NCBI RefSeq assembly: GCF_018977255.1
Contig: NW_024704742.1
Location: 89,282,001-89,346,000 of the forward strand
From: Callorhinchus milii
Taxonomy: Eukaryota
DNA: 64,000 nucleotides
Direction of reading: 5' to 3'
Shown here: piece by piece, positions 11,661-25,102 of the stretch
Position numbering within the stretch: the stretch's first letter is position 1
How the letters are laid out: the number at the start of each line of letters is the position of its first letter
Made by a program: the position numbers and the translations under genes
The notes under the pieces: model-generated
Told to the model about the DNA's origin: nothing
Seen by the model: the letters and a program-made list of their open reading frames with translations, nothing else
Databases searched by the model: none

Positions 11661-12221
11661 TACATCTCTATTCACATCTGGAGAATTTCTTAAAGTGCTT
11701 AACACAGTTGGTAGAATGGCTGAAAGATTGCCCGCCATTATTGGAGTGGATAGAGCTGAGAGAAGGGAGTGGATGGATCAGTATGACTGCAGGATGTTGC
11801 AGGCGTAGGGTGTGTGCGGCAAGGCCATTTAGGGATTTGAACGTGAGATTTGTGTCTAGTTTCTCAAGAAGCCTTAAACAATCCATCATATTTTTGCCCC
11901 TCAAGCATGCAGACAGGAGTCAATGAATGTCTCTTGCCCCATATTTAAACGTTTTGTTTCAACAAGATACCATCTTGCTTTTCATTCAGAAGGTGACTTA
12001 TATTATGAATTATCTATACAATACCCCAAAACCTCAAGGAAACACACCTTCATCAATGTATTCAATGGTAACCAGGCAGATCAAGTGAGAATATAACAAT
12101 CGAAAATAATGGAAAGACAACAGGGCACGTCCATGAGCTACAATATATTTAATTCTCTAAGTACAGGGAACGTATTGTACTAGGAAACACTTAATACAAT
12201 CCATTCGCTGTACTTAGAGAA

Positions 12222-12610
12222 TGGCTCAGTTGATAGCACTTTTGTCTTCGAGTCAGAGGGTAGTCGATTCTAGCCCTATGCTGAGACTTGAGCTTGTCTA
12301 GGCTGACACTCCAATGCAGTGCTGGGGTTTAAACCCTGTGTGTGTTCTTGTGAGCATGATTGAAGATCCAGTGGCACTATTTGAAAAGAGAAGGGAACTT
12401 CTCCCCATGTTCTGGCCCACAATTCCCTAGAAAAAATTGGTCATTCATTTAACGGCTATTTGTGGGACATCTTTGTGTGTGTAAATTGACTGCCACATTT
12501 GTCTACAAAATACAGACACTGTACTTTATTGTAAATCCTGTGAAGAAACTTGAGATATCCTCCAACATGAAAGGCACTGTATCAATTGCTAGGATTATTA
12601 ATTATTATCA
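12222..12610 (+). mobile_element. Deu-domain SINE
   Basis: 'ggctcagttgatagcact...gagtcagaggg', 'gatccagtggcactatttgaaaag', tail 'aggcactgtatcaattgctaggattatt'. Confidence 0.8.
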
Positions 12611-14771
12611 CACTCTAGGTTAAATAGTGGGTGACTCTTCCTATTGCTAGAGGGATCCATTACAAGAGGACAGAGTCTTAAAATCACAAGCAATATAGTT
12701 ATAACTAGGTCAGGAAGCTTTTCTTCACCCAGAGGATTGTGAAGATGTGAAAAGCTCTACCATTTACAAATTCACAAAGCAACAAAGACAACAAACGACA
12801 AATTACATAGCGCCTTTCACGTCGGGAGATGCAAGGGTATCGCTACCTAACAGCATGCTGCACAGAAACACGAAGGAGCAGAAGCAGAGGAAAGGGATTG
12901 GGAATTTGAAGCGGAAAAACACAGGTTACAATTGATAAAACAGCTACTCACCAGGTTTTCAACTGAAAATAAGTTGAAGCATTCCCTTACGTACGGTGAT
13001 CTCTAAAAAGCATCAGTTTTGTTAATTGAAACTAGTTTCTAGTCAGCTCTGATCTGGACCACCATGCTATATGGAAAATTATACATTTCAAAGATAAAGA
13101 TGTTATCTTTATCAATGTTATAAAGCAGCAATTTAGCAATTTTGCTAATGTTCATTTTTAGAATAATTGCATTGCAACTACCACTTCACTCATGAACTGG
13201 ATAATATCAGAGCCAAAGCTTTTTGTATAAGTGTTACTTGTCTGTACATTTGGTAAATATTAGTCTGAGAGATGCCTTTCCACCTCAATTCAAATCAAAC
13301 TCTACCATTTCTAGGGACATACCAGCCATTGGCACTTCAGTGCTAATTGATAGGAAATGGTTCTCAGTTCTGTGTTGTGGACCTGCACTCACGAGGAAAT
13401 GAGTTTCACATTACTAGTATAGCAAGAGAGACCTTCATCCCATCAGACCTATTGATAGCGGATTAATTGCTCACCGTGTACCAACACATGTGAGGCAGAA
13501 ACTAACAAAGAAAACAGGATGCTAAGCTATATACAGTCAATTCGCCTTACGGTATATTCTGTGATGTGCATTGAGATGTCTGAACAATGTGAAAAGGCGT
13601 TATATCAAATACAAGGATTATTATAATATTATTATATTCAGATAGCAAGAAATCACACTCAAGTTGTTCAGTACTTTACTCAGTCAATACTTGGACTATT
13701 TTGTGACGTTCTGATTGCCATGCCATGAGGATCACCCAGGCCATATAGGCAGCACAGGAGAAAGCGTTTAAGGGATAATTAATGAATGAAGGGTAACAAC
13801 CTAAGCTAGGGTTAAAAAATAGACATCTCAAAAGGGACCTTATAAAGATGGATAGATTTCTAAAATGCGATATTGGATTTATTTATATAAAAACAGAAAT
13901 AGGGTAAGTATTTCGGATGGGTGAGATCAAATGGGCTTGCAGAGGTCTTCTTCATTTAAATGTCTCTTGTGATATGAAGCCTGTGGCGAAAGAGCAGTAT
14001 GCTGGTACACTAAACCACCTGGTCCTCTCAAGCATTTTGCTTTGTAAACCAGCTGGTGATGTCCTCAAATTTTCTAGTAATGGATTTGAACCTGGATAAT
14101 ATGCTCAAATGCTTTATAGTGTTAATTGTGAACGAGGTGATGATATCCCCAGTGGAGCTACAAATGAACATGTAATTGGTTGGCCCAGCTGAGCGCTGTA
14201 AAAGTCCAATCCTTCTAACATGCACATTTCTAGAGTTGGAAATGGATCTTTTATTAGAGGAAGTGGTATTAATATTAATGGCCTGGGACTCTACTAATAG
14301 CTGTTAGAAAGCAGAATATGTTCCACATGGAAACAAAATTGATGTCGGAGACTCTGTGGTATTTTAAAGGAGAATGGACAAGTCAAAAAGGATATACCAT
14401 TATCAATTCATATCTAATAAGGGTCAGGGTAATTTACTATTAAAAACAGCTGCTTAGCATCTCTGATAGCTCAGTGAATATATCCAAAATGCCCATGATA
14501 TGAATTGCATCTTCTCCAGAGAATATACATCTCTTGCTTCTCTGTGACTGGCATTTAAAGAGCATTGCGTTAATGAGTGTGACTCAAGTTTCTTTTGTCT
14601 GGAATGGAAAAGAGACTGAAGAGTTATGTATCATTTTGTTTTTCAAAATGTAAATAATAATAATCATAATAATCCTTGCATTTGATGTAGGGCCTTATCA
14701 CGTCATTGAGATGTCTCAAAGCGCTTCACGGAATATGTAATGAATTTCACATTTACATCATTATCTCTATG

Positions 14772-15785
14772 GGTGTCAGCCTAGCTCTGCTGGTAGCATT
14801 CGTATCTCCCACTCAGAAGATTGTGAGCTCAAGCCCCATTTCCAGACTTTGAACTCATTTTGTCTAGGCTTGGTGAATATTGCATTGTAGCTGCTGCGTC
14901 CTTCAGTTGAGATGTTAAACCAATGTTTAATCTCCCTGTTTGGGTGGATGTTAAAGGTTCCATGGCACTATTCGAAAATAGAAAGGAATCCTCAGATAAA
15001 AATAACTTCAAATTCATTTTCTTCATGGATTCTTCTAGGTCATTGCTGTGTACAAATTGGCTGTTTGCCTGTAAAATATAGTGAATACATTTTACAGTAA
15101 ATAATAACAAACCTTGCATTGGATATAGTACCTTATCACGTCTTCTGCACAGAATATATTGTTTAGTTGAACATACTGTATATTGACTATGTTTTGTGGG
15201 CGAAATGCAACAGCCAATTGAGCACAGCAGTATCTCACAAACAGTCGTGGATTGAGTGACCAAATTATTATTATATTAAAATTTGTTTTGAAGGCATTAT
15301 TACACCTGGAAACGCAATCCACCAATCTAATAACAACCGGTTATTAGTCGTTAGAGGAATTAAATCTTGTGAACCTCCATTCCTCTGGCTCCAGTCTGCT
15401 CCATATCCCCCACTCCAACTGCTCTACCATCGGTGGCTGGGCCTTCAGCCTCTCAGCCTCTAGGCTCTGGAAATCCATCCCCCAGTGCCTTCGCCTTGCT
15501 TCCTCCCTTTCCTCCCTCAAGGCCGGTCTCAAGACCTTTCTTTTTGGCCGTGCCTTCAGCTCCCCTCTCGACTCTCTACCCCCTCCTTGCTCCCTCCCTG
15601 CCCTCCCCTCACCCTGACCATTTGCCCCCTGCTCGGTTCCTGACCCAACTGTCCAGCACCTTGAGACATCCTCCTGAAGTGAAAGGCGCTCTATAAATGG
15701 AATCTTGTTGTTGTTGAACCACATTGAGATGTCTTCTGACATGAAAGGCACTACATCAAGTGCAAGGATTATTATTATTATCACA
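14772..15785 (+). mobile_element. Deu-domain SINE with nested antisense tRNA-SINE fragment (15099-15342) and L2 3' fragment (15374-15716)
   Basis: Head at 14772 'ggtgtcagcctagctctgctggtagc', Deu block ~14900-14980, tail resumes ~15717 'ttgagatgtcttctgacatgaaaggcactacatcaagtgcaaggattatt'. Confidence 0.8.
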
Positions 15786-16709
15786 GCAATAATGTTTTGG
15801 AAAAACAGAAACGTTTGGTGGATACGTTTCAATATCTACATTGCCCCTACATCTACATTGAACTATGCTTCCATCCTTTGGAGTTCCCTCCCTCTGTCAC
15901 TCCCTCTTGGCCCCATTCTGCCTTTAAATCCAACCTAAAAATTTTTGACCGTGCCTATGGTCACCTTTCAACCTGCACCCCCACTCTGCTCAGTATCTGA
16001 CACGCCCCTCTGAAATGTTCTGAGATGTTATTCTTCATGATGGGCGCTGTATATGTGCAAATTGTTGTGGTAGTAATCTTCTCACTGTCTTTATCAAAGC
16101 ATTTCGTTTTCTAAAGCTGTAACAAAAAGATTGCTAGTTTTAATTGATTTATTTTAGGGGGAAGGAAAAAGAAAAGGATTTGGAAAGACAGTTAGCAGTG
16201 GACTGAATGCCACCTTCTGCACAGAATTTGACAATATTTCTATCTTTCTATCAGCATAAGACAGACCAGTATTTCTAATGTGTGTAACACTCTCTTTTCT
16301 GAGGAGATTATTCAGCTCCGCACAATAAATTGGCCTTGCTCATTTATAAAAATAACTGTTGTAATGCAATTTTAATCCAGGATATAATTTCAATTTTATA
16401 ATGCAATGTAATGTTACTTTGAAGATAAAATTGTAATGTGGCGTTTTATTACTGGGACAAATACATAAAACACACTGAATAGAGCAGAATAGCGAACGGC
16501 CTACAGCGGTGAATCACTACCTGGAGTGCGTGGAGTGGACTGAATTCCCACGTGATTGCTTTGAACTGTGTATTTGGTGCTCTGTGAAGTTGGAATAGCT
16601 CTTGCAATTGGTTTGCACGTTCACCTATAAAATGCACAGTAAATGTATGTAGTTACATACAGTAAAATGTTCTCCTGATGCGAAAGGAGCTGTACCATTA
16701 AAATAACCC

Positions 16710-16945
16710 AACAACAATAACTTGCACTTATAAACCACCCTCCATGTAGGGAAGCGTCACAGACCGTTTAACAGTGGTGGCGCCTTATTCTGAGCCGGGG
16801 GGTGGGGGAGGTGACTGTAAGCACAGTCGAAAAGGAAAGTTTTCAAGTGGGACTTGAAAAAGGGGTGAGAGGGGGCAAGGAGGGGGAATTGAGGGAGAGT
16901 GTTCCAGAGCTTCAGGGCGCAGTGGCTGAAAGCGTATCCCCCAAT
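16710..16945 (-). mobile_element. L2 3' tail fragment
   Basis: 'aacaataacttgcacttataaaccaccctccatg...gggagagtgttccagagc...gtggctgaaagc'. Confidence 0.7.
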
Positions 16946-17339
16946 AGTAATGTAATCCGATTATATATATCAGTGGGAATTCTGCTTGTGTTCTATTGAC
17001 TTGAATTAAATCCATCTTCTATAAACAATATTGTCCCATTATAACCCATTTATAGTTGTCACTTTACATCAGTAAGCCGGATGAACGCTGTAGCAATGGA
17101 TTGAATGTATCAGCTATTACCCTTTTCGAATGTTTTCCAATACATACCCTTCTATCTTTGACCTGTGAATAGCTTCTTGCTGGTTTCATGTTAGTATAAA
17201 GGGTGAGCAGAAAATGAAAGGTGCTATACAAATGTAATCTTCTTGTTGTTGTTTAACAGGGTGAAATAGTCTGATATGGCAGCAAACATTTGTGCCTGAG
17301 AAAATAAAGTTTTAAATTGCCAACTTAAGACCATATTTA

Positions 17340-17610
17340 GTCATCAGTCTAACTCAATTGGTAGCACTCTCTTCTCTGAGTCAGAAGGTTGAGGATTCAA
17401 ATCCCATATCACAACTTTAAGTTCATATTAACACTTCCAGTACAGTATTAGAGGAGGGCTGCATTAAAGATTCCGTTGGCATCACTCAAAAAGAGAAGGG
17501 AGTTTCCCCTGAGGTCCTGTTCAACAATCTCCCAGATAAAATTGGTCATTCACTTCTTGACTGTTGGTCGGATATTGCTGTGTGCAAATAGCACAGTCAC
17601 TTTACTTGAC
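17340..17610 (+). mobile_element. Deu-domain SINE, internally deleted
   Basis: 'ctcaattggtagcactctcttctctgagtcagaaggttgagg', 'cccagataaaattggtcattcac'. Confidence 0.75.
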
Positions 17611-18411
17611 AGTAAAAAAAAACTGAATATCCACCTCTGTCCTGCAAACATTGTGTGATGCATTGGTCTGGCTACTCCTGGCCCCTGATCTCCACTTCCA
17701 GCAGAGGCAATGCAGGAGTCAACAGCAACAACAACTTGCATTTACATAGCGCCCCTCACACAGGGTAGCGTTCCAGAGTGCTTGATAGTGGTGGAGCGTG
17801 ACGCCGAGCTGAAGCGAGGGAGGAGGACAAAGCTTGCCATTGAGAGTATTGTCTGGCAAGTTCCCACTGTTTATGCAGCTGGGACCCCATTACCCATTTG
17901 GGATATTTTATTTGCAGGGTTATCAGGAGATCCGTGGGAAGAATCCCTGCCTCAAGAGACTGCTGTGCTCCAAGTTCTGCCGATGAGCCAGGCTGGCTGC
18001 AGAAGCATGTCTGACATCCTCCAAAGCACTGTATTTGGAGTGCCAGCCTAGACTTGTGGGACTTGAGCCAAATGTGGAACTTAAACTCACAACCTTCTGA
18101 CTCAGACGCAAGAATGCTACCAACTGAACCAGACTGACACCTACCTTATCACGTGATGACTATCAAATTGACTTTATTAGAGGATGTTATAAATTTCACT
18201 CCTCAAAAACTCACTTTATTTCTCCACCAAAAAAAAAACAGATCAATTGATCACTTACCTCATTGCTGCTTGTGGGATGTTACTGGTTATGTTTCCATAA
18301 CAATGTTCACTATCCTTCAAAGTAACTAATTTGATGACACAACCCGAGATGTTTCAACATGACAATGTGCTGCGTCAAATATAAGTATTACAATGCTACA
18401 CTTATCTAAAA

Positions 18412-18534
18412 ACCCATTTGTATCGACGTCCTGCATATGCCGACAAAAATTGTCAAGACCCTATCAGCACTTGTACATTGTGTTATTACTGTGAATGTCG
18501 ACAAAATTCGCTCGTGATGTCGACGTAAATGGGT
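18412..18534. mobile_element. Small CpG-rich inverted-repeat element, possibly a piggyBac-type MITE relic
   Basis: acccatttgtatcgacgtc ... gatgtcgacgtaaatgggt are imperfect inverted ends with CCCATTT termini; flanks only loosely resemble TTAA. Confidence 0.45.
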
Positions 18535-20164
18535 AAGAATCTATTTCTGTATTTTTGCCACTTATGTTCAGAATCAGGAAATGTCTGACCAACCAGGGAA
18601 TGCGCGTTATAAAGGGGGAGAAGTGAATTGTATAATACAGTGTGTGTATAACTACCAATTTAATTAGCTTGCCAAAGAGCATCATTGAATACACACAATA
18701 GATTTTGTTGGTTTTTAAACAAAATTTATATTGCTAACCATGCAATTTCAAGATGATTGCAACTGATCTGGATGAGCTAATAATTGGGTTAAACCAGGTT
18801 GAGTAGAAGTGGAATGTCAGTGTGGTATAAAATACAGGGTTGGGATTTTGCTGGGACAAGTACTGAACATATTAGCTTTGTCTTGTCTTGAAGTTTCTGA
18901 GCAAACATTTACTGAGTGTATTTAATCTGAATATGCAGAATACACTTTAGCCTAAAATGATTTTTTTTTCAAAAATTTGGAATGCGTTTCCCTTACTCTG
19001 CAAATTACACTCTTGGATAGTTTCTGAAACATTTACTGAGGGTGTTAGCCTAGCTCTTTGAGTGCAGGCTTTGAATAACATGATTAAAATATAGCAAATG
19101 TCTGTGCCTGAGGGAGTGAATTACATGCTTTGAATTATTTGATTAAAATAAACTCTGTGTTAGCTTGACGCTATGAATTATAAGCTTTGAACTCTTAGAT
19201 TAAAACAGTCCAGGGGCCCTCTCTTCTACTTAGCAATTGTATTAAAGCATGTCTAGTGGCATAAATGTAGTTTTGCGCCATTGCAAAAATGTTTCAGATC
19301 ACACCTTAAGACCTTCCTCTTCGACCATGCTTATGGTCACCTCCCTCTGCCCCTGCCTCAGCATCAGGCTCCACCACTATTGAGCATTCGGACACCCTTC
19401 CCTAAATGAAGGGCGCTACATAAGTGCAAGTTGTTTTTGTAGAAATGTGTTAACCAATGAACTGTTTCAGTTCTAACAGAAGCAGTCAATATCCTTTTTG
19501 AACAGGGGTACGATAATATTTTAAAATCCCAAATGCAGTGAAATCACTGTGTGTAAACAAAATACCTGCCCTGAAATAGCAAGGAGCAATGGTATGTCTA
19601 GGAGAGTACTACTTTCCAAAGTATTCATGCTCAGGGGAACTCAGGAGACTGGAGAGTATTTACCTGGAGTTTTAATGTCAGCCTGATTAAGTGAGTTTTT
19701 GCCTGTGTAATCGGTGAACGCCGTAGAATGGGCTCAGAAGGAACGAAGCCAAGTGCAGATGAGATTTGTAATAAGTGAGAAAAGGGCTAGTGAGGTCATT
19801 CAGTAACAGATAAGGCAGTCAATTGTAAATTGGTGACAATTGGCAGCAACGGACAGATTATATATTAACAATTGCTCCAGTATCCGTATCTGAAATGAAA
19901 TTAAACTGCGTGTACGTAACAGACTAAAATAGAAAGTAAAAATAGTTCAGCAGCACCAAGGGAAGTGACAGCACACAGGAGAGAGTGTGAATGAGAGCGG
20001 TAGAGCAGGAGGCTCTCGGACATCCTAATATTATATAGCCTAATATTCGTTGAATTTGATATAATGTCTTTCACGTCGGAAGGATGAGTCGATAGGGGTT
20101 TGTGATTCCAGAAACACAGATTGTTGTGCTTGAACTGGTGTTGCTGAAAGTTAGAGCAGGGAGG

Positions 20165-20620
20165 ACAAGTGATGGAAATTAAACTGTTTACATTGAAACT
20201 TGCAGCACAAGAACAAGAGCTGAGCAGAAAACAACAATAGCAAAATTACATTTGTATAGCTAAAGAGGACGAGCAAAAAGAGAAAGCCAACTGAGCAGCA
20301 AAAAGAGAAAGCCAATGAGCAGCAAAAAGAGAAAGCCAATGAGCAGCAAAAAGAGAAAGTGATCAGGAAGGGAAAGAGGATGACATTGAACCAGAACTGG
20401 CTCAATCTGTCCCAAGATACTGCTCGAGATTTGCACATGTTTACACATTAATATGTTTACAATCCCTTATAATAAAACAAAGCGGTAGACATGTCTTGAA
20501 ATCATTCAGAACGCCAGGCCTGGAGCAAAATGAGTGGGATAGAGCAGCTTGGGCATAAAAGCTGGTGCCAACACTGACAGGTAAGCCACTAATAGTGTTC
20601 TAGCTCATTAACAGGGACGG
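20165..20620 (+). pseudogene. Decayed gag fragment of a Gmr1/SCAN-type Gypsy LTR retrotransposon
   Basis: 20496-20600 translates LKSFRTPGLEQNEWDRAAWA*KLVPTLTGKPLIVF, resembling the F-E-R...W...WA..L.P.LTGKA motif of Gmr1-like gag; it is preceded by a charged coiled-coil-like stretch (MEIKLFTLKLAAQEQEL.. and EQQKEKAN repeats). Confidence 0.6.
20271..20359 (+). repeat. 24-bp tandem repeat (gagcagcaaaaagagaaagccaat), ~3.7 copies
   Basis: Directly visible. Confidence 0.95.
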
Positions 20621-20950
20621 CATAGACCGATGGTGGCCAACCTGCGGGCTCCAGGCCGAGTCTCGGTAAGTCCATGTTGGAAAGGTAGTGTGTTTTCAGA
20701 AAGCCAGCACAGGCATGATGGGCCGAATTGGCTTCTTGAGTGCTGTAAATCTCTATGGCTTTTGTGCATTGAGGGGTTAAATATGATAAATCTTGGCAGC
20801 TCTGCTCTGCCAAACTTCTTATTTTGTGTAATTTGCATATCCAGGGTTGTTGAGGAGTTTTTATGAGTAGATGCAGACATTAGACCTAATTATCAGCATT
20901 GCAGCCAGAACATCACTCTGCTAATTTTATTTCTCTGCTAAGTTTCTCCT

Positions 20951-21321
20951 GTAGTCCTGTAGCTCAATTGTTAGAGCACTCGCCTCGCACGTGAGAGGTC
21001 CCAAGTTTGATTCCCAGGGAGGGCGAAATGTTGGGCAAATTTCCTTATGCATATGCCTCGGTTTACCCAACAGTAAATAGAAACGGTTGTTAGTCGATCG
21101 GCAGATCGCTTTTCTGGGGATACTAATCCCTTAAAAAAATTAAATAATAATAATTTGGTCACTCAATCCATGACTGTTTGTAGGACACTGCTGTGTGCAA
21201 CTGCCTGCCGAGTTTCGCCGACAAGCTATACAGTCAATTCACTTTACAATATATTCTGTGAAGCACTTTGAGATGTCTCGAAGACATGAAACGCACTATA
21301 TCAAATGAAAGTATTATTATT
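20951..21321 (+). mobile_element. tRNA(Ala)-derived SINE, long form
   Basis: 'agtcctgtagctcaattgttagagcactcgcctcgcacgtgagagg', internal 'gcctcggtttacccaacagtaaatag', tail. Confidence 0.9.
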
Positions 21322-21584
21322 GTAGTAAAATTCTGTGAAGCACTTTGAAACTTTAATAATAATAATAAATCCTGTGAAGAGCTTTGAGACATCCCCCCAA
21401 CATGAGAGCAATTATTATCACTGGATAGTGATGAGGACCCTGAATCTTGGTTGACTTTTCCCTCTGCAATTCAGGGGAGCTGAGGCCAGCTATCAACTTG
21501 ATTTTGTAAAAAACAAATGTATAAAGGCAAAAGAAAAATTGTCTACTTGCACCAAGAACATCTGCAACTAGAAGGCATCAATTT

Positions 21585-21815
21585 AAGATAGTTAGTAAAT
21601 GATGGGGATGTTCGGAGTAGTTAGGATATGGAATGCCCTGCTGGGAGCAGTAGTTGAGGTAAAATACATATTGACTCTCAAGAGGGAACTCAACAGATAG
21701 CTTAAAAAGAATCAGGTACAAGGGTACAGGAAAAGAGCAGGTAAGTGGGAATGAAAGGATTGCTCTTGAGTGAGCTAGCACAGACACCATGGGCTGAATG
21801 GCCTTCTTCTATGGT
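21585..21815 (+). mobile_element. CR1 LINE 3' end
   Basis: 'gatatggaatgccctgctgggagcagtagttgagg...gctagcacagacaccatgggctgaatggccttcttctatggttct'. Confidence 0.7.
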
Positions 21816-22112
21816 TCTAACCTGAAAGGCAGTCAACAAATACTTGCACTGGAATTATAAGGGCTAATAGTATGCTCTTTACGAATCAACTGTACATTCC
21901 CCATTCAGAAAGTTTTTCCCTTCAATAGAGGATTGGGGAACAATGATGTTGATCTCTATGGATAGAATCATAGAAAGTTTGCAGCATTGAAGGAGGCCAG
22001 TCTGCCCACCATGTGTGTTGGTGCTGGCTTGCTTCCCTAGCAAAGCTATCAGACTTTAACTTTCGACTGCCAGAATTCTGGTGTTTTGCTAAACAAAGCT
22101 CAGTGTAGCCAA

Positions 22113-22462
22113 TATAATAATAATATTCCTTGCATTTGATATAGCACCTTATGATGTCTTAAAGACATCTCAAAGTGCTTCACAGAATATATTGTAACGT
22201 GAATTGAATATTTTGTGGGCGAAACACAGCAGACAATTGCACACAAACTGTTGTGGATTGAGTGATCAATTTATTTATTTTGAAGGAATGATTACCCCTG
22301 GAAAACCGATCCACCAATTGACTAACAACCAGGTTCCTACTTACTGCAAGGTAAACAGAGGTGTAAAGTAAGGAAACTTGCCCAAGATTTTGGCCTGCCG
22401 GGAATCAAACCCAGGTCTCTCACTTACAAGGTGAGTGCTCTAACCACTGAGCTACACAACTC
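22113..22462 (-). mobile_element. tRNA(Ala)-derived SINE, long form
   Basis: Reverse head 'gagtgctctaaccactgagctac', internal 'ggttcctacttactgcaaggtaaacagagg'. Confidence 0.9.
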
Positions 22463-25102
22463 TAATATTCCACTAACTGACAGTCAATAACCACAATCCA
22501 TGAGCTGAAAGTCATTGGAAGTCTTCATGGCATTGGAAGAAGGGGAATCCAGTTCTGGAATATCCTATTCTATTTGATGGGATAAATATGAAATATGTCA
22601 TTAAATTGACCTTATTAATTAAATTACTGCTGTGTAATTTGTTCCACAGTTTGTTCTCCTCAGTAATTCAATCGACAGTCCGTAAATTACCTGTGAAAAT
22701 AGTATCCTAGAAAAATAAAGTTCTGCTGAGAAAAGAGTGAAGAGAGATGTGTTTTATTTACTATACCACTGACAGGAGGACTCGCTGTGCATCCAAAATG
22801 TAGCCGCCTCAGTGCACAACAGGTCATCGCCCAGCAATGCTCCACTGGACACTGTAGGAATAATTATCATATGTTGGCGTTATTGAATGTCACCCTGTTA
22901 GAAAATGAACACACAGCTGTCAGAATCTTTTTTTTCTCCCCGTAGTTCATGTTGGATGAGTGACTCCATCCCAGGAACCTGAGAGTTGGGATGCCTGTCA
23001 AATACAATGGCAGGAAGATGTTCACAACACACCCAGCTTTGAGCTTGCACCGTGCCTTGCTGCGTATCATACTCTGAAAACCTAGAACCATTATTTTGCC
23101 CACAAAATATATAGTCAATTCACTTTGCAGGGTATTCTGTGAAGCACTTTGAGACATCTCAACGATGTGGTAAGGCTCTATATCAAATGCAAAGATAATT
23201 ATTATTATAATCTGACAACATCATCAATGTGCTTGTAGAATCCTTGGGAAGTTGAGGCGGTTCCAAAGACAAGCCAACAAAATGCTAATCCCGCAACTGA
23301 TTGAAGATATCACAAGGCAAGGAATTATTCGGTCTTAATTTATAAAACGGTTTCTTGTTAAGAACTGCGAAAAACCATGGCGGGATAGTCCTGGCCAGAA
23401 AGGTACTGTGCCGACTCATAAGGGAGGGGAAAAAAACAAATTCATTCTGCAGAACATTTCCATACACCTATAAAGAGTCACAAAGAATGGACAGCATGAA
23501 AACAGGTCACTCGGCACCAGTCTATGCTTATACTCAACATGCAACCTAACCTATTATGTAGATTACAGAAGCCAAATCACTCCAATTGCTTATTTACAGG
23601 ATATTTGAGAGTTCCAGAAGATAATTGCATATTTTTACTTAGAAAGGAGCTGAGGTATAATTTTTTCAAAAGTCAGGAACTGGATTAACTCCATCATTGA
23701 AGAAAAAATATTTTATTTCACTTCTGTTGGTTGAACTATGATATGTACATATAGAATAAGGTTATTATGGAGTATGGGGAAAGTGCTGGCAATTGGGATA
23801 AGGATAGATGGCTTCACTGGAGGAGTAAACAGACGTTAATACAATGGCCATTTTCTGTACCATAGATTTCTATGGTACTGTCTCACCAACAAATTTTAAT
23901 CTTCATCATCTAAGAGCCTTTGGCATTGTTTATATTTCACCACCTATTGAGACACAAATGGTGTTTATTTATTTTTGTAATCACTACAATGCATGTATTA
24001 AAGCTTATGGCATAATTGTTTGTATGTTACAAATTTATTGCACACCATAAGAGAATGCAAGCCTCTGTGTAATTTCCAGTCACATTCCTTTCACTTGCAG
24101 ATGGAGAAAGTCAATTGAAGTTGTGTTGAGATGGCGTTTCTTCAGTTACCAGAAGGAGTTGCCATTTCCGTGTCTTTTTAAAGAATCTTGTTTAAACAAA
24201 ATGGCAAATTAGACCATCATATTCCTTTCTGACTCCCTACAGATACCAAACAGACCTGCTACTATCCCAATATAACTTAATCCCTTTTCACAACAGGTTT
24301 TGATCCAGCTCGCTTTGAAAGGTATTAGATGACTTGGAATTCATTGCTTCAGGTAGCCTATTCCACATACCTCTTCCACCCCTTTGGGAAACACATTCCT
24401 CCAGCCTCCAGTCTAGCTCTAAGCTTGTGAATTATACATTTATGTCCTCCAGCCCTACTTTCACTGAAAGTATTATACATATATATTTGCTTACATCAAC
24501 TACAAAAAACTATTTGTACGTGGAAAGGTTTTGCACCAATGTTTTAACAAACAGCTAAAAAAGGGTAAAGATTAGAGATGTGTAATTCCAAAAATAACTC
24601 TGTGGAATCTCAAACTTTACATTGCTATAAGGTTTAGGCTTATATCCATTCATTAGATTCCATGAAACAAGCTGTAATTTATGGAAAGAGAAGCAGTAAA
24701 AAAAAAGTTTGAATATTAAAAAATCCCTCCATTTGATAGAGTACCTTTCATATCAGGAGGACAAGTAAAGTGCTTTGAATAAACAGTCTGTCAAAAGTAC
24801 TTACCTTAACTTTTTCCCTTGTCTGTTAGTATTTTCTGAACCATTTTATTGTTAAAAGGTATTATTAATGACTTAGAGTGAAACTAAGAGAAGGTTCTAC
24901 CAGTCTCAGGACCAAAAAGCAATCCTGGTCACTCACTTTATGGTTGTTTGTGGGACCAGAAACCACTCAAGACAATCTGATGTCCTAAGCAAAACATAAA
25001 TGTTTCTACTCAGCTCTTGTTAAACCCTGCAAACCAAAGCACTAATGGGTCAGGTGGTCCTAGCTGGACAAGCAAAGGGAAAGCTGGCCAAACAACAATA
25101 TA

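Noticed and set aside
16515..16640. Possible minus-strand exon (acceptor 'gcattttatag', donor 'cag|gtagtg')
   Set aside because: Weak donor and no recognisable peptide in any frame
17905..18000. Possible plus-strand terminal exon after 'ttttatttgcag' (GYQEIRGKNPCLKRLLCSKFCR*)
   Set aside because: No recognisable protein similarity, no partner exons, flanked by repeats; needs RNA-seq
19826..19860. LTR end plus primer-binding site ('gtgaca-at-tggcagcaacgg') upstream of the gag relic
   Set aside because: Match to a tRNA 3' end is too short and degenerate, and no second LTR is visible
20271..20359. CRISPR-like short repeats
   Set aside because: Head-to-tail tandem units without unique spacers, eukaryotic context, no cas genes
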